From assembly GCF_050633125.1 (NCBI RefSeq), contig NZ_JBOEFX010000031.1, forward strand, positions 13,717-77,716: a stretch of DNA of 64,000 bases, given 5' to 3'. A program made the translations under genes and the position numbers. Source of the stretch: Lewinella sp. (GTDB lineage: Bacteria > Bacteroidota > Bacteroidia > Chitinophagales > Saprospiraceae). The notes below the pieces were generated by a model. It was not told where the DNA came from. It searched no databases and saw nothing but the letters and a program-made list of their open reading frames with translations. Position 1 is the first letter of the stretch. Each line of letters starts with the position of its first letter. This document shows, one piece after another, positions 7,858 to 17,900 of this stretch.

Positions 7858-8937
7858 TTACGCATGCTTAGCAGCAAAAGCTTTCATCACATCGACCAAT
7901 GCCTGCACACTTTCCAGTTCCATGCTATTGTAGATTGAAGCCCGGAAACCGCCCACGGAACGGTGACCTTTAACACCATCACAGTTTGCTGCAGCCGCAG
8001 CAGCTAAAAACGCTTGCTCCAACTCAGCGTATTGATCTTGTAATACGAACGTCGCATTCATCCGCGAACGGTCGGCTGCATCCGTCACTACACCTTTAAA
8101 CATAGGGTTACGATCGATCTCATCGTAAATGAGCTTCGCCTTCGCCTCATTGCGTGGCACCATAGCTTCCACTCCGCCCTGAGCTTTCACCCAACGGAGG
8201 GTCAGCATACTCACGTAGATAGGAAACACCGGCGGCGTATTGAAGGAAGAATCCTTATCAATATGCGTCTGGTACTTCAACATAGAAGGGATCGCACGAT
8301 TTACTTTCCCCAATAAATCTTTCCGGACAATCGCTAAAGTTACTCCCGCAGGGCCCATGTTCTTCTGTGCACCAGCATAGATGATTCCAAAACGATCAAT
8401 AGGTAGTGGACGGCTAAAAATATCGCTCGACATATCAGCCACCAACGGTAACTTAGTCTCAGGAAACTCCTGAAACTGCGTACCAAAAATGGTGTTATTA
8501 GACGTGATATGAACATACTTTAAGTCTTCAGGAATCGCATATCCTTTAGGAATATAGCTAAAGTTGGTATCCTTACTGCTCGCCAACTCCTTTACCTCTC
8601 CAAAGAGTTTGGCTTCTTTAATCGCTTTGGTCGACCAAGCTCCGGTATTGATGTAACCAGCAGTTTCATCCTCGTTTAGCAAGTTCATTGCTGACATAAA
8701 GAACTGGCTACTCGCGCCACCCGATAAGAAAAGTACTGCGTAATCGTCGCTCAGTCCCAATAGTTCACGTACTAATGAAACAGCCTCGTCCAAAACTGCA
8801 ACAAAGCCTTTCGAGCGGTGAGAAATTTCCAGAATAGACAATCCGCTACCATTAAAATCACGAACGGCTTCGGCTGCTTCAGCCATTACACTAGCTGGAA
8901 GTATGGCAGGACCAGCGCTGAAATTGTGCACTTTCAT
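7858..8937 (-). CDS. serC: 3-phosphoserine aminotransferase
   Basis: MKVHNFSAGPAILP start, 359 aa. The motifs are characteristic of SerC throughout (YAGAQKNMGPAGVT, GGFRASIYN). Confidence 0.95.
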   Translation of the reverse strand: MKVHNFSAGPAILPASVMAEAAEAVRDFNGSGLSILEISHRSKGFVAVLDEAVSLVRELLGLSDDYAVLFLSGGASSQFFMSAMNLLNEDETAGYINTGAWSTKAIKEAKLFGEVKELASSKDTNFSYIPKGYAIPEDLKYVHITSNNTIFGTQFQEFPETKLPLVADMSSDIFSRPLPIDRFGIIYAGAQKNMGPAGVTLAIVRKDLLGKVNRAIPSMLKYQTHIDKDSSFNTPPVFPIYVSMLTLRWVKAQGGVEAMVPRNEAKAKLIYDEIDRNPMFKGVVTDAADRSRMNATFVLQDQYAELEQAFLAAAAAANCDGVKGHRSVGGFRASIYNSMELESVQALVDVMKAFAAKHA

Positions 8938-9214
8938 ATCAGGTAAATTGTTGTTATTATTTTACAAAAATAAGGTTTTTCTAATCCCATGCTATGCTTT
9001 CCCCCTCGTACGTTGCCAAAATAAAGTCTAAACTACGATCCGTCTCTTTCGGCTTTTTTTACAATATTTGGGCCAGCTGCCAGATGCCCTTTTCCTAAAA
9101 CAGGCACAATCCTGATTTTACAAAACTATTGATGGCCTTGAAAACCTGACACCAAATTTTTATCGCCCCGCATCTACAGCTTATATTTTGGTTAATTCTT
9201 TTTAAAAAGCTGTT

Positions 9215-10651
9215 ATGCAAAAGATCATCCTGCTTTCTTCCTTACTGATTTGTTTGAGTGCATTATTACTTACCTGTACCCCAAAAACGACAGAAACAGT
9301 CACCACGCCTACCACTACAGAACCGGTAAAACCGGTAAGCCCTACCCCTCCTCCTGTAGAACTTAGCCCTTGTCCAAAATTCACCGACGCCCCTAATCAG
9401 GATGATGCGGAGACCAACTATGTGCTTTACCGCGATTTTCTCAAAGCTCAAGATTATGACGTAGCTTACAGTTATTGGAAAAAAGTCTACGCTGTAGCTC
9501 CCGCTGCCGATGGCCAACGAAACACTGTCTTCTCGGATGGTATCTTTTTCTACGAGTATTTCCTCAGCCAAACCGGAGACCAGGCTTATGTAGACTCTAT
9601 CTTCGCACTTTATGACGAAATTGATAAATGCTACCCCAAAGGCGGCTACGTCATTGGCCGAAAGGCTTTTGATTACTACTACAAATACGAAGATCGTTCT
9701 ACGCCATTAGAAACCTTCAACCTATTCAAGGAATCCATAGAAATGGATGGCCTCGACGCCAATTATTTCGTTATTAACCCTTTCACGGCACTCCTTACCG
9801 AGCTACACGACTCTACGCTCATTTCAGATGCTGAAGCCAAAGTCTACGCAGATCAGATACTGGCTATCATCGAACACGGACAGGAAAACTGTGAAAACAC
9901 CGAATGCGAAGCTTGGGAGATCGTAGCCGAATACGCCCCCGTAAGGTTGCAGTATTTTGAAACCGTCAAAGACTTCTACCCTTGTGAATATTACGTAACA
10001 AAGTATTACCCAGAATTTGAGGCAGCACCCGAAGATTGCGATATAGCCCGCGAGGTGCTTAGCCACCTCAACTGGGGCGCATGTACAGAAGGCAACGACG
10101 CCTATGATACCGTCAAAGCGGTACTCGATGGCAAATGTCGCTACGAGTTTGCAGGCCCTGCCGGTATTGGCGTCAAATGCCTACAGGACGGAGAGTACGA
10201 TTGTGCCATTGAAAACCTGTTGCTCGCCGCCGAACAAGAAGAAAAGGCCGTCCGGAAATCAGAATTATTACTCCTCGTTGCTAAAATCTACTACGTCCAC
10301 AAGCGCAGTTACAGCAGTGCCCGCACCTATGCCCAACGCGCTGCCGATGTACGCAGCAATTGGGGCGAACCCTACATCCTCATTGGTCGCATGTATGCCA
10401 GCAGTGGTCCACTTTGTGGGCCCGGCCGAGGCTGGGATAGCCAGGTAGTCGTCTGGGCTGCGATCGACATGTGGAATCGAGCAAAAAGCGTCGACTCCTC
10501 TTCTGCCGCCGAAGCCAATAAATGGATCAACCAATACAGCCAGTACATGCCAAAAAAAGCTGACGTTTTCCAGCGCAACCTCAAAACCGGCGACAGCTTC
10601 TACATCGGTTGCTGGATTCAGCGCAGTACGGTAATTAGGACGGCGAATTGA
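9215..10651 (+). CDS. Hypothetical lipoprotein, helical-repeat (TPR-like) and Cys-rich
   Basis: Signal/lipobox LSALLLTC followed by a Thr/Pro linker. The body has helical-repeat composition. Confidence 0.6.
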   Translation: MQKIILLSSLLICLSALLLTCTPKTTETVTTPTTTEPVKPVSPTPPPVELSPCPKFTDAPNQDDAETNYVLYRDFLKAQDYDVAYSYWKKVYAVAPAADGQRNTVFSDGIFFYEYFLSQTGDQAYVDSIFALYDEIDKCYPKGGYVIGRKAFDYYYKYEDRSTPLETFNLFKESIEMDGLDANYFVINPFTALLTELHDSTLISDAEAKVYADQILAIIEHGQENCENTECEAWEIVAEYAPVRLQYFETVKDFYPCEYYVTKYYPEFEAAPEDCDIAREVLSHLNWGACTEGNDAYDTVKAVLDGKCRYEFAGPAGIGVKCLQDGEYDCAIENLLLAAEQEEKAVRKSELLLLVAKIYYVHKRSYSSARTYAQRAADVRSNWGEPYILIGRMYASSGPLCGPGRGWDSQVVVWAAIDMWNRAKSVDSSSAAEANKWINQYSQYMPKKADVFQRNLKTGDSFYIGCWIQRSTVIRTAN

Positions 10652-10652
10652 T

Positions 10653-10767
10653 ATAATTGTTGATGGTTGATGGTTGATGGTTGATGGTCAAAATACTTTC
10701 AACCTCAATTCCCCAACTCCAGCTTTAAAAAGGTTGATGGGACAAGCAAGCTTCAACCATCAATTAT
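10653..10767. repeat. ~115-nt element with terminal inverted repeats, containing (GTTGATG)x4
   Basis: The left end ATAATTGTTGATGGTTGA is the inverted complement of TCAACCATCAATTAT at 10753-10767. The tandem heptamers span 10659-10688. The element starts 2 nt after the stop at 10649-10651. Confidence 0.75.
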
Positions 10768-10820
10768 AGTTCTCCCACATTGCCCCTGAGGGAAGATTTG
10801 CCGTGCTAATCTCTAAAATC

Positions 10821-10965
10821 ATGCATGCCCGCCACCCCGCAGATCGGGGGGCGGCCGGGCTATCCGCTCTTATGCATTGCTGCGCATTGCATACCGCTAC
10901 TATCCCTGCCTGTTACGTGCCTTCCGGCCCGTCGGGCTCCGCTAGCTGCGCTACGCCCCTCTGTC
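10821..10965 (-). repeat. GC-rich structured repeat, copy A (reverse orientation relative to copies B and C)
   Basis: The reverse complement aligns with 55855..56015 and 61951..62092. Shared features are GCGTAG followed by a hairpin, and the core CGGTATGCAATGCGCAGCAATGCATAAGAG. It is markedly more GC-rich than its flanks. Confidence 0.75.
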
Positions 10966-11182
10966 AACCACCTTGCCAAATCCCCATTTAGCCCCCTAAA
11001 GCTTCGGTTTAACCTCGTTATAACAAAATTAACGGCGGTCATTTAATGGTCACTTAGAGAAAAAAGTTAATTTTAGCCGAATTATAATTATTTACACGAA
11101 AGTCTAAAACAGATTGCCTCCGTTAAATCACATGATGGTAGCGATATTTTATACTAACATCCTTTTCTAAATTACCGCTTAC

Positions 11183-12580
11183 ATGACCAATCACGACAAT
11201 GATCCTTTTAAAGACCAGCCAGAACTTTTCGGTCATCCGGTAGGGCTTTATTTCCTCTTTTTTACGGAAATGTGGGAGCGCTTTTCTTACTACGGCATGA
11301 GGGCTATCCTTACCCTTTTCCTGGCGGCTCCGATTTTACTCAACGACCCACAATCTGGCTATGGCTGGAGCAATGCAGAAACACTGTCGTTTTATGGTAC
11401 TTATACCATGTTTGTCTACCTAACCTCTATTCCTGGAGGCATCATTGCCGATCGTTATATAGGACAAAAAAACGCGGTCATGCTCGGGGGACTTCTCCTT
11501 TGTGCAGGGCACGGTATCCTTGCTATCAACCAGGAATGGGCCTTCTTCTCTGGTTTGGTACTTATCGTACTTGGTGTTGGCTTCCTCAAGCCTAATATTT
11601 CTACCATGGTTGGGGGCCTTTACAAGCAAGGTGACGCACGTCGTGATAAAGGTTTTTACATTTTCTACATCGGCATCAACTTAGGTGCATTCTTCGGTGC
11701 CTTATTAGTAGGTATCGTAGCTGCGAGATACGGCTGGCACGCTGGCTTTGGCCTTGCAGGTATCGGCATGGCACTCGGCCAGATCGTTTACATCTACGGC
11801 CTTCGTTACCTGAAAGGTGTCGGCAACTTTATCGGCAAAGCAGACTCTCCTGACAAAGAGCTTATGAAAAAACCACTAACAAAAGTCGAAAAAGACCGGA
11901 TGTTAGTCATGTTCCTGTCTTTCCTCATCATTATCGTTTTCTGGGGAGCTTTTGAGCAAGCCGGAGGGTTGATGAGCCTTTATACCGAACAAAAAACAGA
12001 TCGTACCCTTTCTTTTGCTTTACCACTTATTGGCAATGAGGTACCTGCTGCTATTTTCCAATCCATCAATGCCTTTTTCATCATCGTTCTTGGTACTGCA
12101 GTTGGTTCTTTTTGGTACAAATGGGCTAAAAAAGGCAAAGAATCTTCTTCTCTTTTCAAAATGGCCATTGGTGTCATCATCATGGGTACGGGTTTCCTTT
12201 TCATGAGTAAAGCGAGTACAGAAGTAGTAATGGGCGACAATGGTGAGTTGGCACAAAAATCAGCCATGATTTGGCTGACCCTCGCTTATTTATTCCATAC
12301 CATCGGAGAACTTTGTGCTTCCCCGGTAGCCCTTTCTTTTATCACCAAGCTGGCGCCGGTCAAATATGCGTCCTTTATGATGGGCGCTTACTTTGCTGCC
12401 ACAGGCATCGGCAATAAACTAGCCGGATTGATCGGCGAATCGGCTGCTGGTTCGGGTGATTTCCAGACCTTCACCGGAATCGCTGTATTCTGTGTCCTCT
12501 TTGGCATTTTAGTACTGGCTATCCTCAAGCCACTGAAACGTCTGACCCATGGCGCAGAAGAATTGGACCCAACAACATAG
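11183..12580 (+). CDS. POT/PTR2-family proton-dependent oligopeptide transporter
   Basis: PTR2 signature FFTEMWERFSYYGMRAIL, multi-TM, 465 aa. Confidence 0.9.
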   Translation: MTNHDNDPFKDQPELFGHPVGLYFLFFTEMWERFSYYGMRAILTLFLAAPILLNDPQSGYGWSNAETLSFYGTYTMFVYLTSIPGGIIADRYIGQKNAVMLGGLLLCAGHGILAINQEWAFFSGLVLIVLGVGFLKPNISTMVGGLYKQGDARRDKGFYIFYIGINLGAFFGALLVGIVAARYGWHAGFGLAGIGMALGQIVYIYGLRYLKGVGNFIGKADSPDKELMKKPLTKVEKDRMLVMFLSFLIIIVFWGAFEQAGGLMSLYTEQKTDRTLSFALPLIGNEVPAAIFQSINAFFIIVLGTAVGSFWYKWAKKGKESSSLFKMAIGVIIMGTGFLFMSKASTEVVMGDNGELAQKSAMIWLTLAYLFHTIGELCASPVALSFITKLAPVKYASFMMGAYFAATGIGNKLAGLIGESAAGSGDFQTFTGIAVFCVLFGILVLAILKPLKRLTHGAEELDPTT

Positions 12581-12596
12581 TATTACCTTCTAAATT

Positions 12597-12636
12597 AGTG
12601 GCCTAAAGTAGACTTATCTACTTTAGGCCACTTTTC
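12597..12636 (+). terminator. Intrinsic terminator hairpin
   Basis: AGTGGCCTAAAGTAG-acttat-CTACTTTAGGCCACT followed by TTT. Confidence 0.7.
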
Positions 12637-12698
12637 ACAAAAGTATACGGCCTTAGCCCTACCTATCCATTCATAAAACTGATTAATTAACGACAATA

Positions 12699-14624
12699 AT
12701 GAGTAATTCTACAGATTCCTTCTTCGAGTCGAAAGTCTTGGGGCACCCCGCAGGGCTTTTTGTACTCTTCTTTACCGAAATGTGGGAGCGCTTTTCCTAT
12801 TACGGTATGCGTGCCCTATTGGTTCTCTTTTTCACCGCGTCCATTGCCGATAGTGGTTGGGGATGGCCACGAGAATGGGCGCTTGCCATCTTTGGTACTT
12901 ACACCTCGCTGGTCTACCTTTCTACCATGATCGGTGGCTACATGGCGGATAATAAAATTGGTTATCGCTGGGCCGTCGTTATTGGGGCCTTACTGATGAC
13001 CCTGGGGCATGGTTGTATGGCCTTGGAAACCCAATTCTTCATTTACTTGGGGCTTACCCTCCTCGTCTTTGGTAGTGGCTTCTTCAAACCCAATATGACC
13101 TCCATCATATCTGAGATGTACAAAGACCGCCCGGAAAAGAAAGACGGCGCTTATACGATCTTCTACATGGGGGTTAACGCAGGTGCCTTTTTAGGAATTC
13201 TCCTTTGCGGCTACCTGGGCGAGAAGGTTGGCTGGAGCTGGGGCTTCGGCGTCGCTGGTATCTTCATGCTCTTTGGGCTATTGCAGTTTTGGTTAGCCCA
13301 GGGGATTTTTGGTGACGTAGGAAAAGTACCTGACCCTAATAGCATCGCCAAACAAGAAACTGCAAACTTATCAGTAGTTACGCAAGTAAAACCTTATGAA
13401 AGTTGGCAAAAAGCCGTAGGTGCTCTAGCCCTGGTAGGTGCTGTGGTTTGGTTGTTTTTGGGTATGAATATCGCTTTAACCCTCGCTGGTATCTTGGCAC
13501 TGGTCTTCTTTTTCAGCCGGTTCTCCATGTTTACGGCCGAAGAAGACGAGGAAGTTCGTAATCCATTTACGATGCCGCAAAAAGTCATCGCAGGTATCGC
13601 CGCTGCTCTAGGTTTAATCTGGATTATCAACGATCCTGCTTCTAAAATTTCAGAAGGCCAATTCAACCTTCTCGATTTCTCCATCAATGGTGTAGATGGT
13701 ACCGGTATTACGATCTTGGTAGCCCTGACCATGTTCATCTTTTTATTGATTTATCGCTTGGCGATGTATGACCGAATCACCCGCGACCGGATGATTGCCG
13801 TATCGTTCTTTGCCTTTGTGACCATCTTCTTCTGGGCTATCTTTGAGCAAGCTCCTGGCTCACTCACCATCTTTGCCAATGATTACACCGAGCGGATGCT
13901 TGACGGCACAGCCGCATCCGTCTACAAAGTGGTCAACTCCTTGATGACCCTAATTCCTTTAGGAATCATTTCATGGGTATTGTATAAGTTATTCCGGCAG
14001 ACGTTTGCCAAATACAGCTTATCTAACATCTTTCTGGCCCTAAGTTTTGTAATCGTTTGGGGAATTGCCATCTGGATGTTGAGAGAAGAATATTTCAAAG
14101 ATGCTACGGAAGTACCTGCTTCTTGGTTTGGGGTTTTAAACTCCCTCTTTATCATCACATTCGCTCCGCTATTTTCTAAATGGTGGGAAAGTAAATACAA
14201 TCCTAATGCCAACACTAAATATGCCATCGGTATGTTTCTACTAGGCTTGGGTATGGCTTGTGTGGCCATCGGTGCGCGTGACATTGAGCCTGGTGCTAAA
14301 ACAGCTGCGGTGAGTATGATCTGGTTGGTATTGGTCTATCTCTTCCATACACTGGGCGAGCTATGTACTTCTCCTGTATCATTGTCTTACGTGAGTAAGC
14401 TGGTACCAGGGCGTATGATCGCCTTCATGTTTGGAATCTGGTACCTGGCTGTTGCTATTGGTATGAAGTTGGCGGGTGTCTTCGGCGAAAGCTCCGAAGC
14501 CATCGCTGCTGAACACGGCCTGAGTTATTTCTTCTGGATTCTTACCGCTATCTCGGTAGGTGTCGGGGTGTTATCAATGGTCCTATACCCGGTTATACGT
14601 AAACTCATGCACGGCGTACGTTAA
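12699..14624 (+). CDS. POT/PTR2-family oligopeptide transporter, long paralogue with a central insertion
   Basis: FFTEMWERFSYYGMRALL signature, 641 aa. It sits in tandem with the 11183 gene. Confidence 0.9.
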   Translation: MSNSTDSFFESKVLGHPAGLFVLFFTEMWERFSYYGMRALLVLFFTASIADSGWGWPREWALAIFGTYTSLVYLSTMIGGYMADNKIGYRWAVVIGALLMTLGHGCMALETQFFIYLGLTLLVFGSGFFKPNMTSIISEMYKDRPEKKDGAYTIFYMGVNAGAFLGILLCGYLGEKVGWSWGFGVAGIFMLFGLLQFWLAQGIFGDVGKVPDPNSIAKQETANLSVVTQVKPYESWQKAVGALALVGAVVWLFLGMNIALTLAGILALVFFFSRFSMFTAEEDEEVRNPFTMPQKVIAGIAAALGLIWIINDPASKISEGQFNLLDFSINGVDGTGITILVALTMFIFLLIYRLAMYDRITRDRMIAVSFFAFVTIFFWAIFEQAPGSLTIFANDYTERMLDGTAASVYKVVNSLMTLIPLGIISWVLYKLFRQTFAKYSLSNIFLALSFVIVWGIAIWMLREEYFKDATEVPASWFGVLNSLFIITFAPLFSKWWESKYNPNANTKYAIGMFLLGLGMACVAIGARDIEPGAKTAAVSMIWLVLVYLFHTLGELCTSPVSLSYVSKLVPGRMIAFMFGIWYLAVAIGMKLAGVFGESSEAIAAEHGLSYFFWILTAISVGVGVLSMVLYPVIRKLMHGVR

Positions 14625-14649
14625 TTCGCCATTTTTATAAAAAATAGGA

Positions 14650-14686
14650 AAGCGATGATCGGCCAAAAACTGATCATCGCTTTTTT
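14650..14686 (+). terminator. Intrinsic terminator
   Basis: AAGCGATGATC..GATCATCGCTT stem followed by TTTTTT. Confidence 0.8.
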
Positions 14687-14941
14687 CATATACCTAATCG
14701 TCGTAACGCATACCAATTAATTTTTTCTTTACGCGCTTATCTTACAAATCATTAGATTTACATTATAAAGTATTTTGTCTTTACCCTGTGTCCTTTCCCA
14801 TCACCTTACGTTATCCATATATACACTCCTCTTTTCTGAAAGGTGGTACTTGTACCCTTACTTTTTACGCTAGTATTATGGCTCATCACTGCGCCTGACT
14901 TACTGCTACCTCTTCATGTAAAAGCATCAACATTAGTAACT

Positions 14942-17900
14942 ATGCAAGGCTTTATTTCCTACTTCAGCATCTGCTTTTTTATTCTTTTTTCGCTGACCAA
15001 TTCAGCAGCACAATCGGCTATTTGGCAAAACACCAGTACCAATCAATTAAGCGACCAAGAAGAACGAAAAATTACACCTAACCGATTTCGCGTTTATCAG
15101 GCAGATACCACTGCTTTAAAAGATCTCTTAAGGTCTACTAGTCACGAAAGAGAGGTCAACCCCAGACAAAGTCCCCACCAAATCACCCTACCTACTCCGG
15201 ATGGCGAATGGGAAACCTTCCAGTTTGTCGCCTACGACCTCCTACACCCACAGTTGCAAGCAACCTGGTCGTACATCAAAACCTGGCGAGGCGTCAGTAC
15301 CACCAATCCAACGACGACCGTAAGACTCGACTGGACAGCCCGCGGCTTTCACGCCATGATACTTGAGCGAGGAAACACCTGGTTTGTCGACCCTTACTAT
15401 TGGAACCAGCGAGATTATTACCAAGTTTACTACAAAAGACATTACCCGCAACCTGACGAAACATTCGAATGCCATACTGAAAGCGACCGCGACCCCATCA
15501 CGGAAGAGAACTCCGTAGTGAGGGCCGGTGATTGTAATTTCCGAGAGTACCGTCTGGCCCTTGCTTGTACCGGTGAATACGCAGATTTCCACGGCGGCAC
15601 CGTCTCAGGCGCAGCCTCGGCGATGGCCACTTCTATGAATCGTGTCAATGGCGTTTACGAAGCAGATTTAGCGATACGCCTGGTGCTGGTAGCCAATAAT
15701 AACGACCTCGTCTACCTCGATGGCGGCACCGACCCCTACACAAATGGCAACGGGGGTACCATGCTGGGAGAAAACCAAAGCACTTGTGATGACGTCATCG
15801 GTACCGCCAATTATGATATCGGGCATGTATTCAGTACCGGTGGTGGTGGTGTTGCTTATTTACGTTCGCCCTGTAGAAGCAATAAAGCCGGTGGCGTAAC
15901 CGGCAGAGGCGCTCCCGTAGGCGATCCCTTTGACATTGATTATGTCGCGCACGAAATGGGTCATCAGTTTGGGGGCAACCACACCCAGAACAACCCTTGC
16001 AACCGCTCCTCTGCATCCATGGAGCCTGGTAGTGCTAGCACTATTATGGGTTACGCCGGCATTTGCTCTCCTAATGTGCAGTCCAACAGTGACGCCTATT
16101 ACCATGCAAGAAACATTCAGGAAATTGCCAATTACATGGAAACAGGGGAAGGAAACAACTGTGCTACCATTATTGACATGAGTAACTCCGCACCCAATGT
16201 CACTGCTGTCCAGGATTACGATATCCCCGGTGGTACACCTTTTGTACTTACCGGCAATGCTACCGACCCCGATGGCGACCCCATCAGCTACTGCTGGGAA
16301 CAATATGACAATGAAGTAGGAGAAGACATGCCGCCGCTTCCTACCAACACCCAAGGACCTATGTTCCGTTCTTTTGACCCCGTCGCTGAACCAGAGCGTT
16401 ATTTCCCGCGCTTATCTGACCTCGTCAACAATGTAGACCCCGAGTGGGAAACCCTCCCGGAAACAGACCGTGACATGGATTTTCGGCTTACGGTTCGGGA
16501 TTTTGATGGCAACTACGGCTGTACTACTGAAGACCAAATAAGACTCAGTGTTGATGCTGATTCCGGGCCGTTTTTAGTCACTAATCCCAACACCAATATT
16601 AGCTGGTCGGAGAACAATACCGCTACCGTCGAATGGGATGTAGCAGGTACAAATACAGCGCCCATCAGCTGTAGCAACGTCGACATTCTTCTTTCTTATG
16701 ACGGAGGGCTAACCTACCCGGTTACGCTGGTAAGTAACACCCCTAATGACGGCAGTCATAGTGTCAACGTTCCCGCTGGCACCTCGACTACTGCCAGGGT
16801 TTTAGTGCGATGCACCGACAATGTCTTTTTCGACATCTCGAATACCAATTTCACCATCACAAATAGCGTAGTGCCCAATTATACCTTTAGCTATGAAGGA
16901 GGCACTTTATCTGCTTGTGCCAGTGCCAGTGCTTCTTTGGATTTCATCGTAAGCACTACCAGTATTGGTGGCTACAATGACCCCATCACCCTTTCCGCCA
17001 CCAGTGTACCCGTTGGCGTTAATGTATCTTTTTCTGCAAACCCCATTAATCCTGGAGACAATGTGACAGTAACCGTCAGTGACTTCAGCAGCCTATCTAC
17101 AGGAAACTATACCGTTGAAATCGAGAGCAATAGTACTGCTGGCAACCTATCTACAAGTCTTCCGTTTCAGCTCACGGCCGCTCCTGCAGCACCTGGACTC
17201 ATTGAACCCGCCGATGGTTTTGATGGCGCTTCTATATTCACTTATTTCAACTGGAATACAGTAGCCTCTGCGGATTCTTATATCCTTGAAATTGCCGAGG
17301 ATATGTTTTTTAGCAATATTGTTTTCTCAACGACAACGAGCGAGACTGACCTCGTTCTTTCAGAAAACCTAGACGGTGATATTAGCTACTACTGGAGAGT
17401 AATCAGCAGTAGCGATGAATGCGGCCTGGGCTCTAGTTCTACGGTCAGGTCTTTCATAACAGAGCCCTGCTTCCTTTATGAAAACAATGAAAGCCTAGCT
17501 ATCAGTAGTGGAGCAGCTGCCGATTATTCATCAGTGCTAAATATTCCTGACGGAGGAACAGTTCAAGACCTAGACCTCCTAAACCTTGATATAACCCACA
17601 CCCGTAGCGGAGACCTAGAGGTGTCACTGGAAGCACCAAACGGAACAATTCGCAACCTCTTTAGCTATATATGCGGGAACAATGACGATGTCTTCCTAAG
17701 TTTCGACGATGGAACAGCGAACAATATCAGCTGCCCCCTAAATACCGGTGAAAAAGTTAAACCTAATCAAACCTTCTCCTCGTTCAACAACTTGGAAATG
17801 AATGGCGACTGGGCCTTAAACATCCGCGACAATGTCAGTCAAGAAGGAGGAACATTAAATGGCTGGAGCATAAAAGTTTGTACGAAAAACTTTTCGCCGC

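Noticed and set aside
10803-11046. Small ORFs in the GC-rich repeats (10803-10991, 10825-11046, 10860-11042, 55612-55824, 55629-55940, 55844-56065, 61808-62233). Their peptides look similar to each other (LMHCCALHT versus LMQCCALHT).
   Set aside because: The peptide similarity follows from nucleotide repeat copies. Indels between copies break the frames, the ORFs overlap terminators and hairpins, and conservation follows base-pairing, not codons.
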